From: Eledone cirrhosa
Lineage: Eukaryota
DNA length: 64,000 bases
Direction of reading: 5' to 3'
Assembly: GCA_964016885.1 (NCBI GenBank)
Contig: OZ024762.1
Coordinates: 19,840,001 to 19,904,000, forward strand
In this document: positions 50,357 to 63,129 of the stretch, one piece after another
Layout of the letters: every line of letters starts with the position of its first letter
How positions within the stretch are numbered: position 1 is the stretch's first letter
The notes under the pieces: generated by a model
Databases searched by the model: none
Seen by the model: the letters and a program-made list of their open reading frames with translations, nothing else
Told to the model about the DNA's origin: nothing
Translations under genes and position numbers: made by a program

Positions 50357-50546
50357 AGGTGCATGGCTTAGTGGTTTGAGCATTGGGCTTGCAATCAAAA
50401 GGTTGTGAGTTCAATTCTCAGACCGGGTGATGTGTTGTGTCCTTGAGCAAGACAAGGTCAGCCGACCGGAGACTACCCACAACAGGACAACCCGTCTAAC
50501 CCCATGCTAGCGTGGAGGAACGAACATAAAACGGTGATGATGATGA
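50357..50546 (+). mobile_element. Short SINE chimera: family A head fused to the long-RTE tail
   Basis: Head up to CCTTGAGCAAG, then GGTCAGCCGACC...CCATGCTAGCGTGG...AAAACGG(TGA)n. Confidence 0.8.
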
Positions 50547-50879
50547 TATAAATGTACATATGTATGTCTGTAGCTAAAACAGTCCATTGCCTTAACCTGA
50601 ACATAAATACACCCAGAGTAAACCAAAATAAACCATCTGGGTGTATCAAACCATATCAAACCATACCACTCAAGGTTGAGCAAACTTAAGCACATTCTTC
50701 TATGCCCTCACCCCGCCAATGATAACCCAACCAACCACCTGGATTATAGTTTCTTTTTGTTTTTAGTTACATCAAATAATGTGTCTACTTTTGGCACAAG
50801 GCCTGCAATTATCGCAGTACATTACTGGTACTTTATTTTAACGACCCCCGTAAGGATGAAAGGCAAAGTTAACCTCGGC

Positions 50880-51722
50880 GGTTTATCAGCTTTGACGTTG
50901 GTTTATCAGTTCTAATGTTGGTTTGTCTGTTGTGATGTTGGTTTAATATTGGTTTGTCTGTTGTGACATTGGTTTATCAGTTGTGGTGTTGGTTTATCAG
51001 TTGTGATGTTGGTTTATCAGTTGTGATGTTGGTTTATCAGTTGTGACATTGGTTTATCAGTTCTAATGTTGGTTTATCAGTTGTGATGTTGGTTTATCAG
51101 TTGTGACATCGGTTTATCAGTTGTGATGTTGGTTTGTCTGTTGTGAAGTTGGTTTATCAGTTGTAATGTTGGTTTGTCTGTTGTGATGTTGGTTTAATGT
51201 TGGTTTGTCTGTTGTGACGTTGGTTTATCAGTTGTAATGTTGATTTGTCTATTGTGATGTTGGTTTGTCTGTTGTGATGTTAGTTTATCAGTTGTGGTGT
51301 TGGTTTATCAGTTGTGATGTTGGTTTGTCTGTTGTGATGTTGGTTTGTCTGTTGTGATGTTGGTTTATCAGTTGTGATGTTGGTTTGTCTGTCGTGATGT
51401 TGGTTTATCAGTTGTGATGTTGATTTATCAGTTGTAATGTTGGTTTAATAGTTGTGATGTAGGTTTAGTAGTTGTGATGTTGGTTTAATACTTGTGGTGT
51501 TGGTTTATCAGTTGTGGTGTTGGTTTAGTAGTTGTGATGTTGGTTTACCAGTTGTGACATTGGTTTAGTAGTCATGATATCAGTTGTGATGTTGATTTAG
51601 TCATTGTGGTGTTCGTTTATCAGTTGTGATGTCAGTTTATCAGTTGTCATGTTCGTTAAGCAGTTGTGATGTCAGTTTATCAGTTGTGATGTTGATTTAG
51701 TTATTGTGATGTTCGTTTAGCA
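50880..51722. repeat. 20-bp minisatellite, ~40 copies
   Basis: Unit GTTGGTTTATCAGTTGTGAT. Confidence 0.93.
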
Positions 51723-52104
51723 GAAACTCATAATTTTGTAATCCTAATTTTCCTTCAAGTCCTTCAACACCAAATGTAAATCAAATAAAACAAAAATAAA
51801 TAAATAAATGAAAAATAAAATAAAGACATTTCTTGTTTTCAGATTAAATTAAAGTCATTTATCTTATTTTCCGTTGCTAAATATTTGAAAACTCTGAAAA
51901 TTCCTAAACTTAAGAATTTTCTAAATTGATTTAGATTTTTGTTGTTGTTGTTGTTGTTGTTGTTGTTCTTCTTCTTCTTCTTCTTCTTCTTCTTCTTCTT
52001 CTTCTTCTTCTTCTTCTTCTTCTTCTTCTTCTTCTTCTAATATCATCATCATCATCATCATTGTTTAACATCCACTTTCTCTGCTTGCAAGGTGTCATAA
52101 TGTT

Positions 52105-52372
52105 TATCCCGCCGAGGTTGACTTTGCCTTTCATCCTTTCGGGGTCGATAAAATAAAGTACCAGTAATACACTGGGATAATTGCCGGCCTTGTGCCAAAA
52201 GTAGAAACAATTATTATTCTGATTTCATATCCTGCCAAGGTTAGCTTTGCCTTTCATCCTTACAGGGTCGATAAAATAAAGTACCAGTTATGCACTGGGA
52301 TCGATTTAATCAACTATCCCTTCCCCTTCAAATTGCTGGCCTAGTACCTAAAGTAGAAACAATTATCATTAT
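52105..52372 (+). mobile_element. Two truncated SINE family B copies
   Basis: Core CTTTGCCTTTCATCC...GTACCAG and tails. Confidence 0.85.
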
Positions 52373-52467
52373 TACTAGCAGAAAGAACCGCCCTAGCATA
52401 TGTAGTGTGCGTATTGGTATTATATGCAAATATATATGCATATAGATATGATATGTAAATTGACAAT

Positions 52468-53606
52468 ATCTTCTTCTTCGTCCACTTATTTCTGATAGGG
52501 TCGTGGCGGCAGAGCCCTCCTCAAACACTTCTTCCAGAGGGTCTGCCAAAAACAACCATCTCTAACTGATGCAGCTGGATCCCAAAGTGTGACCAGGCAA
52601 GCTCATGGATGTGATCCAACCATCTTGCTCAGGGGTCTACCCCTGGGTCTCTTGTTGGTTGCTTTTTGCCTGTAAAATCTGTCCAGCAATTCTTTCCTGA
52701 GACATTCTAACCACATGTCCATAGTATCAGAGCTGTGATCTCTCAATTCAGAGAAGAAGCGGCTCTACCTGGAGTGACTCTCTGATCTCTGAGCCACAAA
52801 TCTGTCCAGTGATTCTTTCCTGAGACATTCTAACCACATGTCCATAGTATCAGAGCTGTGATCTCTCAATTCAGAGAAGAAGCGGCTCTACCTGGAGTGA
52901 CTCTCTGATCTCTGAGCCACAAATCTGTCCAGTGATTCTTTCCTGAGACATTCTAACCACATGTCCATAGTATCAGAGCTGTGATCTCTCAATTCAGAGA
53001 AGAAGCGGCTCTACCTGGAGTGACTCTCTGATCTCTGAGCCACAAATCTGTCCAGTGATTCTTTCCTGAGACATTCTAACCACATGTCCATAGTATCAGA
53101 GCTGTGATCTCTCAATTCAGAGAAGAAGCGGCTCTACCTGGAGTGACTCTCTGATCTCTGAGCCACAAATCTGTCCAGTGATTCTTTCCTGAGACATTCT
53201 AACCACATGTCCATAGTATCAGAACTGTGATCTCTCAATCTGGAGAAGTAGCGGCTCTACCTGGAGTGACTCTCTGATCTCCAAGCTATGCGCTTTATCG
53301 ACTAAAGTTACTCCAAAGACCCTTTGAAGGAACCCCATTTCAGCCGCTTGTATTTGCAATCGCATTCTTTCAGTCATTACCCAAGATTCATGACCCTAGG
53401 TAAGTGTTTGCAGGAATACCAGGAAGACAGTGAGTTTGGCTTTTACACCTACCTCCCTTCTTCTCATTACTGAATGCTGAAGCTGGTGCATTAATGCATC
53501 AGCTTTTGCAATTCTTGCATTTAATTCAGCATCCTGCCTTCCATCACTCATGAACACGGCCCTGAGGTACTTGAACTTCTCTACCTGCTTCAGTGAAACT
53601 CCATTC
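52468..53606 (-). mobile_element. Rex3/Expander-like RTE LINE fragment with internal 123-bp repeat x5
   Basis: Minus strand: LKQVEKFKYL...GHESWVMTERMRLQIQAAEMGFLQRV...VEPLLL.IERSQ; AAATCTGTCC recurs at 52675, 52798, 52921, 53044, 53167. Confidence 0.9.
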
Positions 53607-53829
53607 ACATGTATATATTAATTTGAGCGACTTCTGTCCATCCATCACACAATGTGTGTGTTTGTGTGAATGTATGTGTGTATAAAAGGAAGGAAGGGGA
53701 TACATACATATATATATATGTCTCTAACTTAAAAACACTGACGCACACACACACACATATATATATATGACACATACATGTCTCTAATTTAAGAATGCCG
53801 ACAAACTCACACGCACGCATTTTGTCGCC

Positions 53830-54415
53830 TATGTCAAAAAATATTGTTCCGGTATTTTAAACTGGTAAGACCATACTTTTGATTCAGGACAAGGCTAAAC
53901 TTTTGTTTTCCAATGCCATTTTTAATTGTTCTTTATTCAACATGTGTGTGTAAACAGTTGTAGAAGAAGGAGGAGTTTGGGTTTTTGAAAATGGTGACAA
54001 CTATGAAAGAAAAGTTTGTGGAAGATATCTATATGGATTCTGATTCAGATGAATTAGGACTTATGCCAGCCAATATTGATGGTGAAGTAGTAGAATATAA
54101 TGGTGGTCGCTGTGATGGCAGTGATGCTCTGGGAAGCAATGTACCGAGGCGGGTAATCTAATCCTTGTGATTTGGGGTTTTTGTATTGTTTTATTTGTTT
54201 TTCAATGTTATAAGATACATACAGAACATAATGTATTACACAAAATATTGTCCATGTATCCCTTTATTAGTAGAGAAAACATAAAGTCTGTACACGAAAT
54301 ACAAAGTAAGTTATAATAATTTAACAACAGAGGGTGCTTACATTTTTTGTTACCACAAAATAATGTAATGTCAGGGGAAACAATTCAAAAATATTACCAG
54401 TGTGCTAAAGGTTAA
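53830..54415 (+). mobile_element. Possible internally deleted piggyBac-like element
   Basis: Short acidic ORF from 54003 (MKEKFVEDIYMDSDSDELG...) and right end GCTAAAGG-TTAA similar to the 8824 MITE; left end not seen. Confidence 0.35.
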
Positions 54416-54731
54416 AAGTTGTGGATTGGCAAAGTCCTTAGAGTGTCTAACAAACTGCTTCGAAGTCTTTAGTAACGGAGCCTTACATTCTGAGTTCAAA
54501 TCTCGCCAAGGTCAAATTTGTCTTTCAATCCTTTCAGGTTTGATAAACGAATATTTTTATTTTTTTTACATTGTTAAAATTTGTTTACATCCAAAACTCA
54601 TAAACATATACACACATATACACACACCATATACACACAAACATACACACTCTATGTTTTCATCCTGTACTGTCATAATGTTTTTCTTGATGTAAACCCT
54701 TTGTGGTTAATAAAGAAATCATTATCATTAG

Positions 54732-54922
54732 GGTGGTGGATTGGCAGTTTTGGTAGAGAGTCGGACGCCATGCTTTCCAGCATAGAGCTACGCCCCTTTA
54801 CGGACTGAGTTCAAATCCCGCCGAGGTTAACTTTGCCTTACAGGGTCGATAAAATAAAGTACCAGTAATGCACTGGGATAATTGCTGGCCTTGTGCCAAA
54901 AGTAGAAACAATTATTATTATT
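54732..54922 (+). mobile_element. SINE family B
   Basis: A/B boxes, core with small deletion, TTA tail. Confidence 0.88.
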
Positions 54923-54925
54923 GTT

Positions 54926-55447
54926 AGTGCTCGTCTTCAGCCCTTTCAGACGCATCCACCATACCATGGTGAAAGAGATAGTATGGTGGACGAGTCTGAA
55001 AGGGCTGAAGACGAGCACTTACCTCTTCGGTGATGCCCTGATTAACTTTTTCAAATTTCATTTGAAAAGGAAAATCAGGGTAGAGAGGGAAGTGCTCTCT
55101 TCCCAGCATTTTGTTGAAAGATGGGTGAGAGAGGCAAGAATGGCCCGAGTGAATGGGCCTACTCTGAGTATGTGTCTGTAAATTAAAGGTGGAAAACTGG
55201 GAGAGGGCACTTGCCCTGGTGGTCAAGGTCACCGTGGCTTTTTTTTAATGGGCTTTCTCCACGATGGCCCTCGGAAGTCTCCCCCCCCCCCCCCCCCCCT
55301 ATTAAGGAATTTTTCATTGTTCCTTTTTTTTTTTTTGTTACATCCTCTGTTTTTGGTTTTTTTTACACGCAGAAATGCCCATTTGTACCATCCTGTACTG
55401 TCCTTAATGTCTCACTTTGTGTAAACCCTTGTGTTTAATAAAGAAAG

Positions 55448-55450
<3 letters not shown>
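54926..55450 (+). mobile_element. Tx1/L1-like LINE 3' end with 5' foldback
   Basis: MVKEIVWW...LINFFKFHLKRKIRVERE...FVERW resembles an L1/Tx1 ORF2 C-terminus; T-rich UTR, AATAAA and (TTA)n tail. Confidence 0.7.
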
Positions 55451-55493
<43 letters not shown>

Positions 55494-55690
55494 TTGCAGG
55501 CTGTCCTCTTAGCTTATGTCTCAATCTTTGGATTAACTGGTTTAACACAGTAAGTAAACACAAACCTTATTTCCATTTCTCTCTCTCAAACTGAAAATCT
55601 TATTTATTTTTCTAAATTAATACAAATGCCTGAGCAAGAGAGATTTATCAATTTAATGTTTGTTGTACTTCGAATGTATGTGTATATGTA

Positions 55691-55733
<43 letters not shown>

Positions 55734-56264
55734 CCACACAAACTTATATATATATATACACATATACATATGTACATTAAGCTCACACATATATGCATAT
55801 ATATACACACACTCACATACATATGTATATATGCATATATATGTGTGTGTGTATATATATATATATACATATATATGTTTACATACAGGTATATATGCAA
55901 CTTTGTTTGAACAAACACCTTAATATATATACTCAATATATATATAGTTTACTTTTTGTTCTGAAATCTCTTGAAATCCATTGCGAGAACCAATTCTTTT
56001 TGCTTTTTCTTTTCTTCCAATGTAAACCATAATTTAATTAAAGGAATCAATTAAATTGCTTTTCTGAAAGATTAAATAAAATTCGGAGACTTTTGTTTTA
56101 AAACAAAATAAAAATTAAATATATTTCTTAACACTTTCTAAAATTACTATTTGGAAGAAAAAAAAACCTTTATTTTTTTAAAATAAATCTCTAACTTTGC
56201 AAAGCAAGTTTTCTTTTCAAAGTTAGAGATCTATTTGCCTAGTATATATATGTGTATATATTGT

Positions 56265-56560
56265 GTGTCAAATCACATGACTTTGTGGGTAGAATGTTCG
56301 TTTTGTGATTGTGAGTTTGTGAGTTCAATATCTAGGCTAGATAAACCATTTCCTTGTATATATTGTGTGTGAAGTAGGTAAAGTACTCCATTTATGATTG
56401 GGAGATTGTGAGTTGAATATCTAGGTTAGACAGCCCATTTTCCTAGTAAATATGTGTGTGACACACATAACTTAATGGGTAAAGTGTTCGGTGTATGATT
56501 GTGAGTTTGTGAGTTCAGTGTCTAGCCTAGATAGCTGATTTTCTTAGTATATATGTGTGT
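56265..56560 (+). repeat. Three degenerate tandem tRNA-like SINE heads
   Basis: GGGTAAAGTGTTCG...TGTGAGTTCAATATCTAGGCTAGA repeated; further copies near 56935 and 57400. Confidence 0.6.
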
Positions 56561-57023
56561 GTGTGTGTTTATAGGCAGCTAATCAGCAGAGTAATTAGAA
56601 CGCCAGATAGAATGTTTTATGGTATTTGTACTGGCTCTCTGCTCTCTGAGTTGAAATCTTAATGAAGTCAACTTTGCCTTTCATCCTTTCAATGTCGATA
56701 AAAAAAAGTACCAGTCTAATACTGGGGTCAATTCTTCCTATATCTCTTTCTCATTTCCTCTCGCTCACTTTCTATATTTCTCCGGAAGAAATCTGCTGTA
56801 CTCAGGCCTGGAGAGCGATGGGCTCCACCAGGCTTAAAATGCCCGAGAAACGCCATAAGTCAATACGTCACCCCTACCACTGTATCAGGAGTTACGGGAC
56901 CATACCATATGTGTGTATATTTTGTGTATGAAAACACACGGCTTAGTGGGTAAAGTGTTTAGTTTATGATTGGGAGATTGGGAGTCTAATATCTAGGCTA
57001 GACAGTTCATTTTCCTTGTGTAT

Positions 57024-57365
57024 CATCATCATCATCATTTCATTTTACGTCCACTTTTCCCTGCTTGCAAGGGTGGGACGGGAACTGATTCTGGCTTGAT
57101 TTCTACAGCTGGATGCCCTTCTTAACACCAACCTCATTTACAGTGAGTGCTGGGTACTTTTTTGCCGTGGCACCTCCACGACCACTTTGCAGTGGAATGA
57201 TAGGGACTGGGGTCCCTATCATCTCCTTTCTACAGCTGAGTAAACTGGAGCAATGTGAAATAAAGTGTCTTGCTCAAGGAAACAACACATCACCCGGTCT
57301 GAGAATTGAACTCACAACCTTTCGATTGCAAGCCCAGTGCTCTAACCACTAAGCCATGTGCCTCC
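57024..57365 (-). mobile_element. SINE family A, full length
   Basis: Reverse complement of 23926-24261. Confidence 0.93.
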
Positions 57366-57397
57366 ATATGTATATGTGTGTATATATTGTGTGTGAA

Positions 57398-57572
57398 GAG
57401 GCATGGCTTAGTGGGTAAAGTGTTCGGTTTATGGTTGTAAGATTGTGAATTTATTATCTCGGCTAGACAGCTCATTGTGTTCCTTGAGCAAGATACTTTA
57501 TTTTACATTGCTCAAGATTACTCAACTGAATAAAAAATTGAGTCAAACCTGTAACTCAAAGGGCAAACCTTC

Positions 57573-57606
<34 letters not shown>

Positions 57607-57716
57607 TTTGCCATGCTGAATCTTCTTGAGAACCATGTTAATGGTGCACATGTCTATGGAATGTTCAGCTGCTTGTACATTAACTTTGCAAGCAGTCTCC
57701 TCCATTGATTGAACAA
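57398..57716 (+). mobile_element. Older tRNA/CORE-like SINE with a different 3' body
   Basis: GCATGGCTTAGTGG head and TCCTTGAGCAAGATACTTTATTTTAC body. Confidence 0.6.
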
Positions 57717-57914
57717 AGCAAAAGAACCAATCATAAGAGCGGAAGGAAACAATATTTCCAATGGTCTTTCTATTGTTGATACTACTTGCCAGTTGCAACT
57801 GCTTGGAAAATGCAGGACACATTTTAATTGCACAATTATGTCAAGACATCTTGACCTGCTCCGTTCAATTGAACTTATAGCGTCTTTCAACGATTTATTA
57901 GAAAATATCTTAAA

Positions 57915-58778
57915 GCTGGTTTGTTAGTTCAGATGTTTTTAGTATCTTTATTAGTTGGCAGATTGTTGTGAAAATTTGCAGTATTAACTGTTAACATCTT
58001 GTAATGATTTAGCAGAAAGTATCTAAAAACAGGTTTGTTTGTTCAAATGTGTTTAGTATCTTTATTAGTTGGCAGATTGTTGTGAAAATTTGCAGTATTA
58101 ACTGTTAACATCTTGTAATGATTTAGCAGAAAGTATCTAAAAACAGGTTTGTTTGTTCAAATGTGTTTAGTATCTTTATTAGTTGGCAGATTGTTGTGAA
58201 AATTTTCAATATTAACTGTTAACATCTTGTAATGATTTAGCAGAAAGTATCTAAAAAACAGGTTTGTTTGTTCAAATGATTTTAGTATCTTTATTAGTTG
58301 GCAGATTGTTGTGAAAATTTTCAATATTAACTGTTCACATCTTGTAATGATTTAGCAGAAAGTATTTAAAAACAGGTTTGTTTGTTCAAATGATTTTAGT
58401 ATCTTTATTAGTTGGCAGATTGTTGTGAAAATTTTCAATATTAACTGTTAACATCTTGTAATGATTTAGCAGAATGTATCTAAAACACAGGTTTGTTTGT
58501 TCAAATGATTTTAGTATCTTTATTAGTTGGCAGATTGTTGTGAAAAATTGCATATTAACTGTTCACATCTTGTAATGATTTAGCAGAAAGTATCTAAAAA
58601 CAGGTTTGTTTGTTCAAATGTTTTTAGTATCTTTATTAGTTGGCAGATTGTTGTGAAAATTTGCATATTAACTGTTAACACCTTGTAATGATTTAGCAGA
58701 AAGTATTTAAAAACAGGTTTGTTAGTTCAGGTGTTTTTAGTATCTTTATTAGTTGGCAGATTGTTGTGAAAATTTGAA
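57915..58778. repeat. ~114-bp tandem repeat, ~7.5 copies
   Basis: TAGTATCTTTATTAGTTGGCAGATTGTTGTGAAAATT recurs 8 times. Confidence 0.95.
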
Positions 58779-58811
58779 GTAAAGATTTTAATTCTTAACA
58801 GAGTACAGCTT

Positions 58812-58879
58812 CACCCAATATGGGGCTCAAATTCACAACCCCTAGATTAAGAGTCTTGTACTCTGCTGACTGAGCAGCC
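58812..58879 (-). pseudogene. tRNA-Lys(CTT) pseudogene
   Basis: Reverse complement GGCT-GCTCAGTCAGCAGAGTACAAGACTCTTAATCTAGGGGTTGTGAATTTGAGCCCCATATTGGGTG aligns to metazoan tRNA-Lys-CTT with many transitions and a lost 5' end. Confidence 0.8.
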
Positions 58880-59226
58880 TAAATGGGGTTCTTCCAAAGT
58901 GTTTTTGGAGTAATGCTATTGAATAGAGCTCAGAGATCAGGGAGTCACTCCAGGTATAGCCTCTATTTCTCCAAATTGAGAAATCACAGCTCTGATACTA
59001 TGGGTTTATGGTTAGAATGTCTCAGGTAAGAATCGCTAGACAAATTTCAGAAGCAAACCAATTGGCAAGATGGTTGGATAGAATCCATGAGCTTGGCTGG
59101 TCTCACTTGGGGATCCAGCTGGATCAAATGGGGACAGTTGAGTATGACAGGACCCACTGGAAGGAGTAATTGAGGACTCTTCTCCCACAACTTTCATAGG
59201 TGTAAGTGGGCAAAGAAAAAGAAGAA
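58875..59226 (+). mobile_element. Rex3/Expander-like RTE 3' fragment
   Basis: Homologous to the reverse complement of 52468-53345; ends GTGGGCAAAGAAAAAGAAGAA. Confidence 0.8.
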
Positions 59227-59336
59227 TGTGCTACAGACATAATGCTGTTTTGTATTTTTTTATGGATATCTTGTTAATGTGGTTTCATGTGGTTAGTTAA
59301 TTAAAATCTTGATAGTATCTTTATTTAAATGTTTAA

Positions 59337-59824
59337 CCCTTTAGCATTTACATTACTCTATATATACTATTATATTTTCATGGTAAAGGCTTTACCTCAC
59401 ATAATATCTCACATAGCATTCACATTACTCTATATATACTATTGTATTTTCATGGTAAAGGCTTTACCTCACATAATATCTCACATAGCATTTACATTAC
59501 TCTATATATACTATTGTATTTTCATGGTAAAGGCTTTACCTCACATAATATCTCACATAATATTCACATTACTCTATATATACTATTGTATTTTCATGGT
59601 AAAGGCTTTACCTCACATAATATCTCACATAACATTCACCTTACTCTATATATACTATTATATGTTCATGGTAAAGGCTTTACCTCGCATAATTATCTCA
59701 TATAATATCGAATCTATGAGATTTTGAAAGTATTTATTTTGAGAACAATACCTTAACATCAGTATGAGCGGCCAGTTTCAACAGAAAGAGGTAGAGAATT
59801 CTGGCCGGTTTGAACATTAGAGGG
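59337..59824 (+). mobile_element. piggyBac-like MITE (family P) with 5 internal repeats
   Basis: TTAA TSD on both sides, CCCTTTAGCATTTA left TIR. Confidence 0.9.
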
Positions 59825-60068
59825 TTAAGAAGCAAGTCACAGTGTTCTTTTGTACTTTTCAAGAAAAATCTTGCTAACACAGTTTCATGTGATTTGTTAA
59901 TTCAAATGTTTATAGCATCTTCCCTAGTGGACAGATTATTGTGAAATTTAGCCTTATTAGAATAAAGACCTTAGTTTCTCATGTGGTACAGTCAATGTGA
60001 AGTTTTGTACTCTTCAAGAATATGTCTTGCTATTGTACTTTGTTAATTTGTGTGCAAAAGGACCTTAA

Positions 60069-60286
60069 CCCTTTAGCATTTAAACTGGCCATATCCAACT
60101 AGAATTCTCTCACCTCTTTCTGTTCAAACCGGCTGGAACCGGCCACTCATACTGATGTTAAGGTATTGTTCTCAAATTAAATATCAAAATCTCATAGATT
60201 CGATATTATGTGAGATAATTATGTGAAATAAATTGTTTACTGTAAAAATATAATAGGAAATATAGAGTAATGTAAATGTTAAAGGG
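60069..60286 (-). mobile_element. piggyBac-like MITE (family P), single-unit form, reverse orientation
   Basis: TTAA TSD and TIRs; reverse complement of 41063-41277. Confidence 0.9.
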
Positions 60287-60399
60287 TTAAATGTGCAAAA
60301 GAACCTTAAGAATTTAACTAAGCATTGGTTTCTATCACACAGCTGTTAAATGGTACTAATTTGATTTCATGTTTGGCGTCTACTCAACTGTATTGGGAG

Positions 60400-61120
60400 T
60401 GCCTCTTGTGGGCATATGGCTCACAACACAGCACTGTGGCCTCTTGAGGTCATATGGCACACAACACAGCACTGTGGCCTATTGTGGCTTACAACACATC
60501 ACTGTGGCCTCTTGAGGTCACATGGTTCACAACACCACACTGTGGCCTCTTGTGGGCATATGGCTCACAACACAACACTGTGGCCTCTTGAGGTCATATG
60601 GCACACAACACAGCACTGTGGCCTATTGTGGCTCACAACACATCACTGTGGCCTCTTGAGGTCATATGGCACACAACACAGCACTGTGGCCTATTGTGGT
60701 TCACAACACAACACTGTGGCCTATTGTGGTTCACAACACAGCACTGTGGCCTCTTGAGGTCACATGGCACACAACACAGCACTGTGGCCTCTTGTGGTTC
60801 TATGGCACACAACACAGCACTGTGGCCTCTTGTGGTCATGTGACACACAACACAGCACTGTGGCCTCTTGAGGTCACATGGTTCACAACACCACACTGTG
60901 GTCTCTTGTGGTCATATGGTTCACAACACAGCACTGTGGCCTCTTGTGGTTCTATGGCACACAACACAGCACTGTGGCCTCTTGTGGTTCTATGGCACAC
61001 AACACAGCACTGGTCTCTTGTGGTCATGTGACACACAACACAGCACTGGTCTCTTGTGGTCATGTGACACACAACACAGCACTGGTCTCTTGTGGTCATG
61101 TGACACACAACACACACACA
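60400..61120. repeat. 28-40-bp minisatellite
   Basis: CACAACACAGCACTGTGGCCTCTTGTGGTCATATGG variants. Confidence 0.93.
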
Positions 61121-61892
61121 ACTCTGCTGTTTGTTATTAATTCAATAATTATTCTGTCTGTGTACCTATATATGTGTGTGAATCAGGCTCATTGCCTTCT
61201 CTCTCTTTTTCCCCCACTCAACCTTTGTCTCTATCTCTTCCACTTCTCCCCCCCCCCTCTCTCACGCCATTCTTTCTCTCACCACCCCCTCTCTTTTTCT
61301 TTTTCTATCTATTTCACTTCTCTTCCTACCTCTTTCTTTTCTCTCTCCCTATTTGTCTCCCTCTCCCTCCCTCAGTCTGTTCACTATCTCCACCACCACC
61401 CTCTCTGCCACTTCTCTTCCTTAATCAGTAATTAATTAATAATAACAGTCTAATTAACTGGATCTAATGAAGGGTAGGTTGGTGCTGTGGTGTGGTATGG
61501 TGTGGGGTGGTGTGGTGTGGTTATTGAGGTGCAGTCTGATGTGATGTGAAATGGACTTGTGTGGTATGGTATGGAGTAGGTTGTGGTATGGTGGTATGGT
61601 GATATGGCATAGTGGTGTGCAGTAATTTGTGGGATGGGATGGAATGGTGGTGTGGTGTAGTGTAGTGCAGTGCAGTAATGTGTGGTGCGGTGCAGTGCAG
61701 TAAGCTGACTGACTCTTTCCATCTTAGATTTAGCCAACTCCGCTATTAATATTATCAGAGTCTGGATTAAACCTTTTCATTACTGTATTTTAATTGAAAG
61801 ATATTATTCAGCTGGTGTGTGGAACATCGACCTCAGTACATTACTGGTACTTTATTACATCAACCTCAGAAGGATAAAGACAAGGTTGAATA

Positions 61893-62265
61893 TTTCCTCC
61901 CCTTTTGTAAGGTTTCTCTAGCAATCGGTTGCTAGGTGAAGCGGGTTAATTGACCTCAGAGCAATCCCTGACCTCAGAGGTTCAATATATGGCCTAGGAT
62001 TCTGGCATTGCTAGTGATGGTAGAAATTTGGGGACTGCCCATTAAGTAGGGGATCCCAAGACATTTTGACAAAAGAACTAAGACATTTAGGGACTGTGCC
62101 TAGTGCCCCAAAGACAATTGACTCAACTTCTGTCTCTATATGGTGATCAGTTCTTATAGCACCTGCAAGGTATGCATACTTATTGATCTTTTCCATTTCA
62201 TTTTCAGCCATATTGTGGTCTTGAGGGATTGCAATATCAATTAGAGTCTTTTTTGATCTCAAGGG
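61893..62265 (-). mobile_element. R4/Dong-like RLE LINE 3' fragment
   Basis: Near-identical reverse complement of 24865-25200 (LIDIAIPQDHNMAENEMEKINKY). Confidence 0.85.
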
Positions 62266-62284
62266 GCCAAAATAACTCTTAATA

Positions 62285-63037
62285 ACTGTTTCTATTTGTG
62301 GCACAAGGCCAGCAATTTTTCCAGTGCATTACTGGTACTTTATTTTATCGACCCAGTAAGGATGAAAGGCAAAGTTAACCTCGGCAGGATTTGAACTCAG
62401 ACCATAAAGGGACGTAACTCTATGCTGCAAAAAACATAGCGTCTGACCCTCTACCGATACTACCAATCACCGCCCTTAATAATAATAATTGTTTCTATTT
62501 TTGGCACAAGGCCAGCAATTACCCAGTACATTACTGGTACTTTATGTTATCGACCCCGTAAGGATGAAAGGCAAAGTTAACCTCGGCGGGATTTGAACTC
62601 AGATCATAAAGGGACGTAACTCTATGCTTCAAAGCATGGCGTCCGACTCTCTACCGATACTGCCAATCCACCGCCCTTAATAATAATAATGTTTTCTGAT
62701 TGGCTTATGCACAAGGCCAACATATTTGGGTGAAGGGGAAAGTCAATCAAATCAACCCCAGTACGTTACTGATACTTTATTCTATCGACCCCCGTAAGGA
62801 TGAAAGGTAAAGCTAATCTTGGTGGGATTTGAACTCATAGTAATAACACGTAATAATTGTTTCTGCTTTAGGCACAAGGCCAGCAATTACCCCAGAACAT
62901 TACTGGTATTTTATTTTATGGACCCCGTAAGGATGACAGGAAAAGTTAACCCCAGTGGGATTTGAACTCAGACTGTGAAGGGCTGTAACTCTATACCACG
63001 AAGCATGTTGTCCGACGCTCTGCCAATCCACCACCCT
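62285..63037 (-). mobile_element. Cluster of four SINE family B copies
   Basis: Head-to-tail copies separated by (AAT)n. Confidence 0.9.
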
Positions 63038-63129
63038 TTGGCTAGTATAAATAATAAACAAGAGCCCCTCCCCATTTCTCTGATTAATATTTCAGCTAGG
63101 GGCTGGTTCCATAAAACCTTAATCCACCC

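Noticed and set aside
56778-56862. Hammerhead-like arrangement with internal hairpin GCCTGG...CCAGGC
   Set aside because: The core reads CGGAAGA rather than CTGANGA and stems I/III are not convincing.
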